Source of the DNA: Octopus sinensis
Taxonomy: Eukaryota
Assembly: GCF_006345805.1 (NCBI RefSeq)
Contig: NC_043001.1
Coordinates: 9,610,001-9,674,000, forward strand
Length of the DNA: 64,000 nucleotides
Direction of reading: 5' to 3'
Part shown: one piece after another, positions 25,271 to 38,365 of the stretch
How the letters are laid out: every line of letters starts with the position of its first letter
Position numbering within the stretch: the first letter of the stretch is position 1
Program-made: the position numbers and the translations under genes
The notes under the pieces: generated by a model
The model's database searches: none
Told to the model about the DNA's origin: nothing
What the model saw: the letters and a program-made list of their open reading frames with translations, nothing else

Positions 25271-25530
25271 ATCACAATTTATCTTTTCCTTATTTATTTT
25301 ATTTATTTCATCTAGTTTCAGCTCACGAACTGTGGCCATGCTGGGGCACCGCCATTTATACTGTGTATACTTCACTTCTTCTAATGTATTCTGTGAATAA
25401 TTCTCTTTTTTACCATTCCATTACATGTAAACCCCAACACTTTATATCTATCTTTGTATTGTCCCCATCTCATCCTTCACCCTGGTGGCAACTAAAGGAA
25501 ATTATTATTATTATCATTATTATTATTATT

Positions 25531-25812
25531 AATGTTGGAAGAGTGGCCAGTGTGACGGGACCTATTCTGAGCGGGCACCTGTAAAAAAAGAAGGGATCTT
25601 GCTGTTGTTCAGGCACCCGTAGGTTTTGTGGGTTTTTCCACGAGGACCTTAAAGCACCACCCCTATTGGGAGTTTTAATTTCTTCAATTTTTATTGTTAC
25701 TAAATTGTGCACGCGCGGTAAACCCATTGCATCGTCCTGATTTTGTCTTTTATGTTGTTGTATGTCTTTTAGTGATTTTGTAAGTAAGCCCTTGTGGCTA
25801 ACAAAAGAATAA
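25531..25812 (+). mobile_element. Tx1/L1-like 3' end with (ATT)n tail
   Basis: NVGRVASVTGPILSGHL* parallels the end of the 35787 copy. The 3' UTR ends GTAAGCCCTTGTGGCTAACAAAAGAATAA before (ATT)n. Confidence 0.5.
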
Positions 25813-25877
<65 letters not shown>

Positions 25878-26163
25878 CACTATTATTGTTGTTAATATTA
25901 TTGTTGTTGTTATTATTATTTTTATTATTATTATTATCATCATCATCATCATTATTATTATTATTATTATTATCAATATTATTATTGTTATTGTTATTAT
26001 CATCATCCTCATCATCATTAGTATTACTATTGTTGTTATTATTATCATCATCATTATTGTTGTTGTTGATCTTATTATTATCATTATCATTGTTATTATT
26101 ATTATTGTTATTATTACGATTATCATTATTATTATTATTATTATTATGATTATTATTATTATT

Positions 26164-26720
26164 GAGTGAGAGAGCAGTTCATGCCATCAAAGTGACACTG
26201 GGGTAAAATATACGAAGCCCAATATACCCATCATGACTACCCGTCTGATAAGGGTACACCAGGCACATGCATCACAACCATATGTGCGCGACATGGTGAT
26301 CTCATATCAAGATAAACAGCACATGACCTTGCAGGTGGGGCCCAGTTAGAATTTTCTTCAGGTTGAGTAGCCCATCCCGCTCAAGCGGTCCCTGAATAAG
26401 GGTTGTTTAAGGATGTTGAAAGAACCACCCATGTTTCCAGAGGTGAATTATTCAAACCCCAAAGAATCCCTCTCAACACATGGCTATGATGCTCCCCCAC
26501 TACTTCTGCTCGTGATCAGAGATGCACATATCGTCAGCCACTAAGGGACATGCTCAACTGGTTAAGGTCAAACAACTGACTAGCAAATCTATGGTATTGA
26601 GCAGAATATTTGCTGTAGCCCATCTTTTATACCAAGACAAAACAATGTACATGATAACACTTCCAATCAGTTAAGATCAGAAACCATGAGAGCCATTGCC
26701 TGGTACTGCATCAGGGCATT
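26164..26720 (-). mobile_element. ~560-bp non-coding interspersed element (family C) within a TAA tract
   Basis: Near-identical ends to the copies at 42429 and 48852. Strand is given as the TAA-reading strand. Confidence 0.85.
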
Positions 26721-26864
26721 TATTATTATTATTATTATCATTATTATTATTATCATTATTATTATTATTATCATCATCATCATTATTATTATTATTATCA
26801 TCATTAATATTGTTGTTGTTATTATTATAATAACAATTATTATTATTATCATTATTATTATTAA

Positions 26865-27090
26865 GGCAGTGATCTGGCAGAATTGTTGGTGCGTAGGACA
26901 AAATGCTTAGCGGCATTTCTTCCGGCTCTGAACGATCTGGGTTAAAAAAAACCACCGAGGTAGACTGCCTTACTTCATTCTCTCGGGGTGGGGGTCGATA
27001 AAATAAGTACCAGTTGCGTACTGGGAGCCGATGTAATTGACTGTTCTTCATCTTCCAAGCTGCTGACCTTGTGCCACTATTTGATACTTT
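26865..27090 (+). mobile_element. SINE family A (A2 tail), diverged
   Basis: Head, body and GCTGACCTTGTGCC tail. Confidence 0.75.
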
Positions 27091-27149
27091 TATCATTCTT
27101 GTTGTTGCTATTGCTGTTGTTTTCATAAATGGCGCCATCATCATCTTCG

Positions 27150-27600
27150 TCATCATTTTTAATACAGCTTAAACCTTTTTTTTGCTCACCACATTTTATA
27201 AATGTCGCTCTTCAAATTTTTTATGTCGCTTAGTCCTTTCCTTTTCACATATTCTTTCATCCCTTGGTGATGCTACATCAATTATCTAACAAAGTATTTT
27301 CTCACTTCCGACAATAACAATATCAGGTCTTCTCTTCAATGTTATCCCACTGGAGGCAGACGACACTAAAATTGTTTTATTTTCTCTCACTCTACCACTG
27401 GGTCACGTTGGTACCTATACACTTCTCTCTCCTATTCAGCTAATATCTCTCACACCACTTCTCTTGTAACAGCCCTAACAATTTTATTGCGTCTCCTCTT
27501 TCCGTATTACTTTTGTACCAGTTTACAGCTCTTACAATATGACTGACTGATTCTTCTTTCGTTGTACAATGCCTACAAAATGGTGGCTCTATCGTTTTAC
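27150..27600 (-). mobile_element. R4/Dong-clade relic (CCHC knuckle and RLE), old
   Basis: CRHCTTKEESVSHIV...LKRRPDIVIV...IIDVASPRDERICEKE...KKV, with many frameshifts. Confidence 0.7.
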
Positions 27601-27766
27601 CGATGTTATATGCTCACAAAGGGATTGCGCTTCTGCTGCACATATAAAAGCTTTATAATTATGTTTGCTTATCTTCTCCACTTTCAATGACTTTCATAAA
27701 TTGGCCATGCCTTAATTCAGCCATCCTCTGTTATCTCTCTCGGCCTCTTCGTTTCTCCCCCACCCC

Positions 27767-27841
<75 letters not shown>

Positions 27842-28164
27842 CTATCTATTTATCTATCTTTCTTTCCCTCTCCTTCTAATAAATGCAACTTTTAGTCTAT
27901 AAAAATGTCAGAAATTTTTACTTCCATTGCCCAGGGTTCAACACTGCTTTCTAAATATCAGCAGCGATTATTTCCCTCGTATTTTTTCTACAGTTTATCA
28001 AGCCTCTGCCGCCTAGGCTTCTGGCAAAATAAATTCTATCACCATCACATTTCGGAAGCAGTGAATCATTTATGTCCATTATATTTCGTGACCGAACACT
28101 CGTCTTCCTAATCTGATCTTTGTTCTATTAAATACCCCATCAACGAGGCAGCCCGTATATATCT

Positions 28165-28289
28165 TTTATCTTTTACTTGTTTCAGTCATTAGAATGCGGC
28201 CTTGCTGGGGCACCAATTTGATCTCAGTATGTATTTGTTTAGGCCTCATATTATTTTATTGGTCTCCTTTCTTTTCTATATGTATATAT

Positions 28290-28377
<88 letters not shown>

Positions 28378-28552
28378 ATATATATATGACGGGTTTCTTT
28401 CATTTTCCATCTACCAAATCCACTCACAGAGCTTTGGTCGGGGAAGAAACTTTTATAGAGGAAGGCACTCGCCCAGGGAGCCACGCAGTGGGACTGAACC
28501 CAGAACCATGTGGCTTGGAAGCAAACTTCTTACCACACAGCCACGCCTGCAC
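28165..28552 (-). mobile_element. SINE family B, interrupted by (TA)n
   Basis: Tail at 28165, head ACCACACAGCCACGCCTGC at 28531-28549. Confidence 0.75.
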
Positions 28553-29924
28553 ATATATTGCTATAATTTTATTTTGTTATTTTTCTTTTTTTTTAATTTA
28601 TTTTATTTTCATTCAGTCCTTATCCAAATGCCTCTTTCGTTTCTTTTGTCTTTATCTGTTCCCAGTGAGTCTAAATATTCTTTTCCCCTGTGCTCTGTGT
28701 CTTTCTTCATCTGTTCATCTGGTATCACTGTCGCATCAGATGACACCTTTTTTTTCTAACAGTGAAATTAGCACATCATTCTTCTTAACCCCGGTCCATA
28801 CGTATGTATAGTGTTTAGTATTGTATCTTTTTGATCTTTGCTCTTCCATATCTTTAAAGGTGAATGGAAAATGGGTTGTTTTTGACTGTTTCTTTCCCAA
28901 GTCATAGCTAACACCCACTTTTTGCTTTTCTTTTAATTTTCGTAAAAACAATGTTAAAACCATTATGCATACAACAAACAATAATGATGACAAAACATCT
29001 TAGTATATTCTTCTCATTACTGCGTCCTTTCTCAGTAAATCCCCAGAGGACATATCGCGCTTTCACTTTTCCATGCTACAACCAATGAAGTCAGTAACAT
29101 TTTTGTCACGCTAGAGAATTTCATACATTCTATTATCCACGATATGGGGGACACGAATCACACACTTTTTATATAATCTACGCAGATCATTGCATAGTTT
29201 ATATATTTTTCTATTGCCGTTCTCTATTAGAAGCCGGTCTTTCGTTTTCCTCTCTTCCTTCGATTTTTTTTCTTTTGTTTCTCTATCAATAGTTGTTTTG
29301 CATCATTTTTCTTTGTATGTTCACATTCTGTTGTGTTTGGTCCCTTGTTTGTTTGCTCGCTATTCCCTAGCGGTTCCAGTTGCTGACGCCACCAAAGGGG
29401 ATCAATACTATCGTTGAAAGGCGTAAAATTGTTGTAATCCTTTGGATGATAGCTGATAAGGATTTTGTGACTTTCAGTTTGTGTAGTTTCCATTTGTTTC
29501 CCATTGTTTTTTACTTCTATGTAATTTCTAAACATATTATTTAACGTATCGCCGCGCACCTTCTTTCTTTGTAAATATTCTGTGTGTGTGCGCGTGTGTG
29601 TGCGTGTGCGTGTGTCTGTGTGTATCCAATAGTTCTACTCAAAACGTCTACATCAAAGAATGACACGATGCTGGATGAAAATTGTCGACAGCGTTTCCCC
29701 TTGATGGGTTTTTCATCAGAAAAAAATCATTCTTCAAATCATTCTTCCACGCTTCCTCCATGCAAGCAACTTAACACCAAAGATATTCTTCATGAAATAA
29801 TTTGAATTTCTTTACCCAATGTATTTGAAAACAATTTAAGGATTGAGGCTTCCAAATTGCGAATTTTACTGCTCTGTTTAATTACCATTGTCCTTGGAGC
29901 ATTTCTGTTTTCCTACTTATTAAG

Positions 29925-30140
29925 GCGGCGAACAGACTTGAGTCATTAGCACGCTGGGCGAAATTCTTAGCAGTATTTCGTCTCTCTTTACGTTCTGAGT
30001 TCAAATTCCGCTGAGGTCGACTTTGCCTTTCATCCTTTCGGGGTCGATAAATTAAGTACCAGTTGAGCACTGGGATCGATGTAATTAACTCATTCTCTTC
30101 CTACAAAATTGCCGGCCTTGTATCAAAATTTGAAATCAAT
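29925..30140 (+). mobile_element. SINE family A (A2 tail)
   Basis: Head, body and AAATTGCCGGCCTTGTATCAAAATTTGAAA tail. Confidence 0.85.
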
Positions 30141-30322
30141 ATTTTCCCACTTATTAATATCGTAGAGTGTTATTCGCCATATTAGCGATAACTTGTGAAG
30201 CATTCTTTTGCCACCATGGGGTAACATAAGACGATATGGCAAACATACAATAAATATGATTTAACTTCGATCAAATTTCTTTTACAAAATCATGAAATGA
30301 ATATTAATTTTCAAAACAAAGC

Positions 30323-30383
<61 letters not shown>

Positions 30384-30879
30384 TATTATTATTATTGTTA
30401 TTATTATTGTTGTTATTATTATTATTATTATTATTATTACCTTAAGATAAAATTAAATAAAACAAATTTCACATTTGTATATCTTCCCCATAATTACTCT
30501 GTTACTCTACCATTTGCACTTTCTCTCTCTTTCTCTCTCTCTCTCTCTTTCTCTCTCTCCCTCTCTTCTCTCTCTCCCTCTCTCTCTCACTCGTCCTCGT
30601 CTCCTTTATCAGTTCTTTCTGTGTGTGCATGTATAATAGTCTTTTATTAATTGCCTGTCGCCAAATCAAATATAAAGACTCATTCGTCAACTCTTACGTT
30701 AAATCTCTCTGTATCTCTCTTTTACTCTCTTTCTCTCTCTCTATTTCCCTCTCTCTCTCTCTCTCTCTCTCTTTCTTTCTCTCTCTTTCTCTTTCTCCCC
30801 TTCTATCTCTTTCTCTCCATCAGTCTATATGATGTAACGCCTGAGTAAAAATATCAATCGATCGACCAGCATTTATATC

Positions 30880-33800
30880 AAATATGGTGGTAACACGGCG
30901 TTACTACAAAACAATAGTCGGGACTTTCACAAACCGGGCCGTGAAATTTTTTCCCACGAGAGTTCCGAACCCCATTTATGAACTTAAACAGCCAATCAGA
31001 GATCAACTATCAAATTAATTTAATTAATCAACTATGGTTGTGACACGGCGTGAATACGGGACTTTGACAGACAGGGCCGCGAAATATTTTCCACGAGAGT
31101 TCCGGACCCCGTTTATGAAATTATTTGCATACAGCCAATCAGAAACCAATTATCAAACTAATTTAATCAGCTATGGTGGTAACACGGCGTGACGATGAAA
31201 CAATGGTCGGGATTTTGATAGACCGGGTCGCGAAATTTTTTCCTACAAGAGTTCCGGACCACAATCAGAGATCAACAATCAAACTAACTTCATCAACTAT
31301 GGTGGTGACACGGCGTGACTACGAAACAATGGTCGGGACTTTGACAGATTGGGACTCGAAATATTTTCCCACGAGAGTTCCGGACCCCATTTATGAACGT
31401 ATTTTCATACAGCCAATCAGAGACCAATTATCAAACTAATTTAATCAACTATGGTGGTGACACGGCGTGACTTCGAAACAATGGTCGGGACTTTGATAGA
31501 CCGGGCAGCAAATTTTTTTCCCACAAGAGTTCCGGACCACAATCAGAGATCAACAATCAAACTAACTTCATCAACTATGGTGGTGACACGGCGTGACTAC
31601 GAAACAATGGTCGGGACTTTGACAGATTGGGACTCGAAATATTTTCCCACGAGAGTTCCAGACCCCATTTATGAACGTATTTTCATACAGCCAATCAGAG
31701 ACCAATTATCAAACTAATTTAATCAACTATGGTGGTGACACGGCGTGACTTCGAAACAATGGTCGGGACTTTGATAGACCGGGCAGCAAATTTTTTTCCC
31801 ACAAGAGTTCCGGACCCCAATCACAGATCAACTATCAAACTAATTTTACCCACGAGAGTTCCGGATACGTTTTATGAACTTATTTGCATAATGCCAATCA
31901 TGGTAGTGACACGATGTGACTACGAAGCAATGGTCGGGACTTCAACAGACTGGGCAACGAAGTTTTTCCAACGAGACTTCCGGACCCCATTTATGAAATT
32001 ATTTTCATACAGCCAATCAGAGACCAGATATCAAACTAATTTAATCAACTATGGTGGTGACACGGCGTGACTACCAAACAATGGTCGGGACTTTGACAGA
32101 CCGGGCCGCGATATTTTTTCCCACGAGATTTCCGGACCCCATTTATGAAATTATTTTCATACAGCCAATCAGAAATCAACTATCAAACTAATTTTTCCCA
32201 CGAGAGTCCCGGACCCCATTTATGAACTTATTTGCATAAGCCAAACAGAGACCAATTATCAAACTAATTTAATCAACTATGGTGGTGACACGGCGTGACT
32301 TCGAGACAATGGACGGGACTTTGATGGACCGGGCCGCAAAAATATTCCCACAAGACTTCCGGACCCCAATCAGAGATCAACTATCAAACTAATTTTTCCC
32401 CAGAGAGTACCGGACCCCATTTATGAACTTATCTTCATACAACCAGTAAAAGATCAACTATCGAAATAATTTTTTCGTCGAGAGTTCCGGACACCGTTTA
32501 TGAACATATTTTCATACAGCCAATCAGAGATCAACTATCAATATGATATTTCCCACGAGATTTTCGGACCCCATTCATAAACTTATTTTCATACAGCCAA
32601 TCAGATATCAACTAGTAATATAGTTTATCCCACGAGAGTTCCGGACCCCATGTATGAATAAATTTTTACATAGCCAATCAGAGATCAACTATCATTATAG
32701 TTTTTCCCAAGTGAGTTCCGGACCCCATTGATGAACATATTTTCATACAGCCAATCAGACAGAGATCAACTATCAAACTAATTTTTCCCACGAGAATTTC
32801 GGACCCCATTTATGAACTTATTTTCATACAGCCAATCAGATATAAACTATCAAAATAATTTTTCCCACGAGAGTTCCGGACCCCATTTATGAACTTATTT
32901 TCATACAACCAATCATAGATCAACTATCAAACTAATTTTTCCCACGAGAATTCCGGACCCCATTTATGAACTTATTTTCATACAGCCAATCAGAGATTGA
33001 CTTTCAATATATTTCCACGAGAGTTCCGGACCCCATTTATGAAGATATTTTCATACAGCCAATCAGAGATCAACTAGTAATATAGTTTATCCCAAGAGAG
33101 TTCCGGACACAATTTATGAACTTATTTTCATACAGCCAATCAGAGATTAACTATCAATATAATTTTTCGCACGAGTGTTCCGGACCACATTTATGAAGAT
33201 ATTTTCATTCAGCCAATCAGAGATCAACTATCAAATTAATTTTTCCCACGAGAGTTCCGGACCCCATGTATGAACTTATTTTCATACAGCCAATCAGAGA
33301 TCAGACTAATTTTTCCCACGAGAGTTCCGGACCACATTTATGAACTTATGTTACTTCATCCAATCAGAGATCAACAATCAAACTACCTTTTCCCACGAGA
33401 GTTCCGGACCCCACGTATGAATAAATTTTCATAAAGCCAATCACAGATCAACTATCAAACTAATATTTCCCACGAGAGTTCCGCCCCCATTTATGAACTT
33501 TTTTCATACAACCAATCAGAGATCAACTATCAGACTAATTTTTCCCACGAGTGTTCCGGACCCCATTTATGAACTTATTTTCATGCAGCCAATCAGAGAT
33601 CAAGTATCAAACTAATATTTCCCACGAGAGTTCCGGACCCCATTTATGAATTATTTTTACAACCAATCAAAGATCAACTATCGAAATAATTTTTTCCTCG
33701 AGAGTTCCGGACACCGTTTATGAACATAGTTTCATACAGCCAATCAGAGATCAACTATCAATATGATTTTTCCCACGAGATTTTCGGACCCCATTGATAA

Positions 33801-35785
33801 ACTTATTTTCATACAGCCAATCAGAGACCAACTATCAAACTAATTTTTTCCACGTGAGTTCCGGACCCCATTTATGAACTTATTTTCATACAGCCAATCA
33901 GAGATCAACAATCAATGTATTTTCCACGAGAGTTCTGGACCCCATTTATGAACATATTTTCATACAGCCAATCACAGATCAACTATCAATATGATTTTCC
34001 CACGAGATTTTCGGACCCCATTGATAAACTTATTTTCATACAGCCAATCAGAGACCAACTATCAAACTAATTTTCCCACGAGAGTTCCGGACCCCATTTA
34101 TGAACTTATTTTCATACAGCCATTCAGAGAACAACTATCTATATAATTTTTGCCACGTGAGTTCCGGACCCCATTTATAAAATTATTTTCATACAGCCCA
34201 TCAGAGATCAACAATCAATATATTTTCCCACGAGAGTTCTGGACCCCATTTATGAACATATTTTCATACAGCCAATCAGAGATCAACTATAAATATAGTT
34301 TTTCCCACAAGAGTTCCGGACCCCATTGATAAACTGATTTTCATACAGCCAATCAGACAGAGATCAACTATCAACTATATTTCCCACGAGAGTTCCGCCC
34401 CCATTTATGAACTTTTTTCATACAACCAATCAGAGATCAACTATCAGACTAATTTTTCCCACGAGTGTTCGGACCCCATTTATGAACTTATTTTCATGCA
34501 GCCAATCAGAGATCAAGTATCAAACTAATATTTCCCACGAGAGTTCCGGACCCCATTTATGAATTTATTTTTACAACCAATCAAAGATCAACTATCAAGC
34601 TTATTTTTCCCACGAGAGTTCCGGACCCCATTTATGAACTTCTTTTCATACAACCAATCAGATATCAACTATCAATGTAATTTGTTCCAAGAGTGTTCTG
34701 GACCCCATTGATGAACAATTATCAAACTAATTTTTCGCACGGGAGTTCCGGTCCCCATATAAGAACTTATTTTCATACAGCCAATCAGAGATCAACTATC
34801 AAACTAATTTTACCCACGAGAGTTCCGGACCCCATGTATGAACTTATTTTCATACAGTCAATCAGAGATCAACTATCAAACTAACTTTTCCCACGAGAGT
34901 TCCGGACCCCTGTATGAATATATTTTTATACAGTCAATCAGAGATCAACTAGCAATATAATTTTTCGCACGAGAGTTTCGGACCCCATTGATGAACTTAT
35001 TTTCATACAGCCAATCAGAGATCAACAATAAAACTAATTTTTCCCACGAGTGTTCCGGACCCCATGTATGAACTTATTTTCATAGAGCCAATCAGAGATC
35101 AACTATCAAACTACCTTTTTCCACGAGAGTTCTGGACCCCATGTATGAACTTATTTTCATACAACCAATCAGAGATCAACTATCAAACTAATTTTTCCCA
35201 TGTGTGTTCCGGACCCCATTGATGAAAATATTTTCATACAGCCAATCAGAGATCAACTATCAATATAATTCTTCCCTCGAGAGTTCTGGACCCCATTTAT
35301 GAACTTATTTTCATACAGCCAATCAGAGATCCCCTATCAAACTAATTTTTCCCACGAGGTTTCCGGACCCCCATGTTTGAACTTATTTTCATACAGCCAA
35401 TCAAATATCAACTATCAATATAATTTTTGCGACGAGAGTTCCGGATCCCATGTATGAACTTATTTTCATACAGCCAATCAGAGATCAACAATCAAACTAA
35501 TTTTTCCCACGAGAGTCCTGGACACCATGTATGAACTTATTTCCATACAGCCAGAGATCAACTATCAAACTAATTTTCCCCACGATAGTTCCGGACCCCA
35601 TGTATGAATATATTTTCATACAGCCAATCAGAGATCAACTATCAACATAATTTTTCCCTCGTGAGTTCCGGACCCCATGTATGAACTTATTTTCATGCAG
35701 CTAATCAGAGATCAACTATCAAACTAATTTTTCCCACGAGAGTTCCGGTCCCCATTTATGAACTTATTTTCATACAGCCAATTAG
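30880..35785. repeat. 4.9-kb tandem satellite, ~77-bp monomer, with longer units and a 278-bp higher-order repeat at the left end
   Basis: Monomer CCACGAGAGTTCCGGACCCCATTTATGAACTTATTTTCATACAGCCAATCAGAGATCAACTATCAAACTAATTTTTC (e.g. 32865 to 32942). The 278-bp period is visible at 31173/31451/31729. Confidence 0.97.
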
Positions 35786-35786
35786 A

Positions 35787-36340
35787 GATGGGAAGAGTAC
35801 AGCTATCAGCTGAGTCTATCATCGAGATTGTGCCGCCTCCTTCCCTTAACAGAGAAAGGAAGGTTTGCTTTTTCTGCGTAGTAGCCATTCTGAAAGAAAC
35901 AGTATGGAAGACGCGTGTGAGAGGCATTATGACGGGTACCTTTGTATCCGGCCAGGCGTTGGTTAACTTTTTTTGTTACCACCTTAGTAGTAAGATCAAG
36001 CTGGAGAAGAGGTACCTGTCACGAGAGAGATTCATGAAAAGATGGAAGCAGGTGGCAAGGAAGCTGGAAGCGAATGGAACCAGGTAAGTGGAGTCCAAAA
36101 AAATAAAAGGAAAGACACAGCAAAGGTTTCATCCTGGTGGTCGGATGCCTTTCATTCAGGGAAGTCCTTGCAAATCGCAATGAGTAACATGTTAACATGT
36201 AATTGGTAATTAGTAATTTGTAATATTTAAATAGTATCATAAAGTTTTGAACGTTATAGCAGCTACTACACGTTTTTATGTTTGTCTATTTTTGTTCGTC
36301 CCTTCTTTGTAATGCCTTCACGGCAAATTTTATGAAATAA
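35787..36340 (+). mobile_element. Tx1/L1-clade LINE 3' end, 5'-truncated, joined directly to the satellite
   Basis: LSAESIIEIVPPP..FFCVVAILKETVWKTRVRG..SGQALVNFFCYHL..KIKLEKRYLSRERFMKRWKQVARK, followed by a 3' UTR. Confidence 0.7.
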
Positions 36341-36502
36341 AGTAGCTTGCTTACCAGCCACATGGTTCCGGGTTCAGTCCCACTGCGTGGCACCTTGGAA
36401 AAGTGTCTTCTACTGTATCCTTGTGAGTGGATCTGGCAGACGGAAACTGAAAAAAGACCGTCGTATATATGTATACATATATGTATATATATATATGTGT
36501 GT

Positions 36503-36534
<32 letters not shown>

Positions 36535-36735
36535 TGTGTTTGTCCCCCCAACATCGCTTGACAACCGATGCTCGTGTGTTTACATCCCCGTAACTTAGCG
36601 GTTCGGCAAAAGAAACCGATGGAATAAGTACTAGGCTTACAAAGAATAAGTCCTGGGGTCAATTTGCGCGACTAAAGGCGGTGCTCCAGCATAGCCGCAG
36701 TCAAATGACTGAAACAAGTAAAAAGAGTAAAGGAG
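36340..36735 (+). mobile_element. SINE family B
   Basis: GTAGCTTGCTTACC..GGTTCAGTCCCACTGCGTGGCACC to the AAAGAGTAAAGGAG tail. Confidence 0.88.
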
Positions 36736-37234
36736 TAAGTCCACTCCTTTGAATCGACGGGAGCGACCATCACCCTCATTATTATAATTAACGTTGGTCT
36801 CGCGCCAAAATTTGAAATGAATTTTGAAGGCATTGAACTGGTAGAATCGTTTTCGCCTCGGACAAAATACTTAACGTCGTTTCTTCCGATTCTTTAAATT
36901 CTAAGTTTAAATCCCGCTGACTTTAGCTTTGCTACTCATCCTCTTCAAGATGAAATTCAGAGCACTGGATGACACTAGAAGTCAACGAAACTCTATGTGG
37001 TCTGCATTTATCTAGAAATAGCACACACTAACCTCTTAAACAAGAGCGTGGCAATTAAATAATGTTGAGCTTAACTACGAAAAAAGGGATAGTCACAGCT
37101 GGAGTGTCTTTGATCGTGGTTCTTGTCGATAAGGGATGGCCGGGAGCTATACAATAAGGCATTTGGAAACATGGAAACGTACATACATACATACATACAT
37201 ACAGATATAAAAACATAAACACATGTATACATAC

Positions 37235-38064
37235 ACACACACACACACATATAGTTGAAGACATTTGGAGTCAACAAGCAGAATATACCAAAATTAAAAA
37301 TCTATATGAAACAAACGATTACAGCAACTGCAGTGCTCCAACATGGCCAGGGCCTCTGGCTAACATGGGAAATGATACAGTAGTGTGCATATGTATGTGT
37401 GTATGTATGCGTATATATATATATATATATATATATATTTCTTTTGCGTCTTTTATTTGTTTCATTCATTTGACTGCGGCCATGCTGGAGCACCGCCTTT
37501 AGTCGAATGAATCTACCCCCAGGACCTATTCTTTGTAAGCCTAGTACTAATCCTAGCAGTTTCTTTTGCCTAACCACTAAGTTACGGGGACGTAAAACAC
37601 CAACGTCGGTTGTCAATCGATGGTGGGGTGACAAACACAGACAACAAAACATACACACACACACACACATATAGTTGAAGACATTTGGTCAACAAGCAGA
37701 ATATACCAAAATTAAAAATCTATATGAAACAAACGATTACAGCAACTGCAGTGCTCCAACATGGCCAGGGCCTCTGGCTAACATGGGAAATGATACAGTA
37801 GTGTGCATATGTATGTGTGTATGTATGCGTATATATATAATATATATAAATATTCTTTTGCGTCTTTTATTTGTTTCATTCATTTGACTGCGGCCATGCT
37901 GGAGCACCGCTTTTAGGTCGAATGAATCTACCCCCAGGACCTATTCTTTGTAAGCCTAGTACTAATCCTAGCAGTTTCTTTTGCCTAACCACTAAGTTAC
38001 GGGGACGTAAACACACCAACGTCGGTTGTCAATCGATGGTGGGGTGACAAACACAGACACACAA

Positions 38065-38090
<26 letters not shown>
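37235..38090. repeat. 420-bp direct tandem duplication (unique DNA plus SINE B tail) bounded by (CA)n
   Basis: ATAGTTGAAGACATTTGG at 37251 and 37671. The two units are near-identical. Confidence 0.92.
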
Positions 38091-38125
<35 letters not shown>

Positions 38126-38365
38126 CGACGGGCTTCTTTCAGTTTCCGTCTACCAAATCCACTCACAAGGCTTTGGGGCCCAAGACTATAGCAGAAGACA
38201 CTTACCCAAGGTGCCACGCAGTGGGACTGAACTCAGAACCAGCTGGTTGGGAAGCAAGCTTCTTACCACATAGCTATATAATATATATATATACATACAT
38301 ACATACATATATATATAATATATATATATAATATTGATATATATATATATAATATATATATATAT

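Noticed and set aside
29227-29559. 110-aa minus-strand ORF with a basic C-terminus
   Set aside because: Non-ATG start, no recognised domain, and the K/R tail derives from a T-rich tract on the plus strand.
30880-35785. CRISPR-like appearance and repeated ORFs (MVVTRRD...) in the satellite
   Set aside because: Whole monomers are homologous with no unique spacers, there are no cas genes, the context is eukaryotic, and frames are broken between units.
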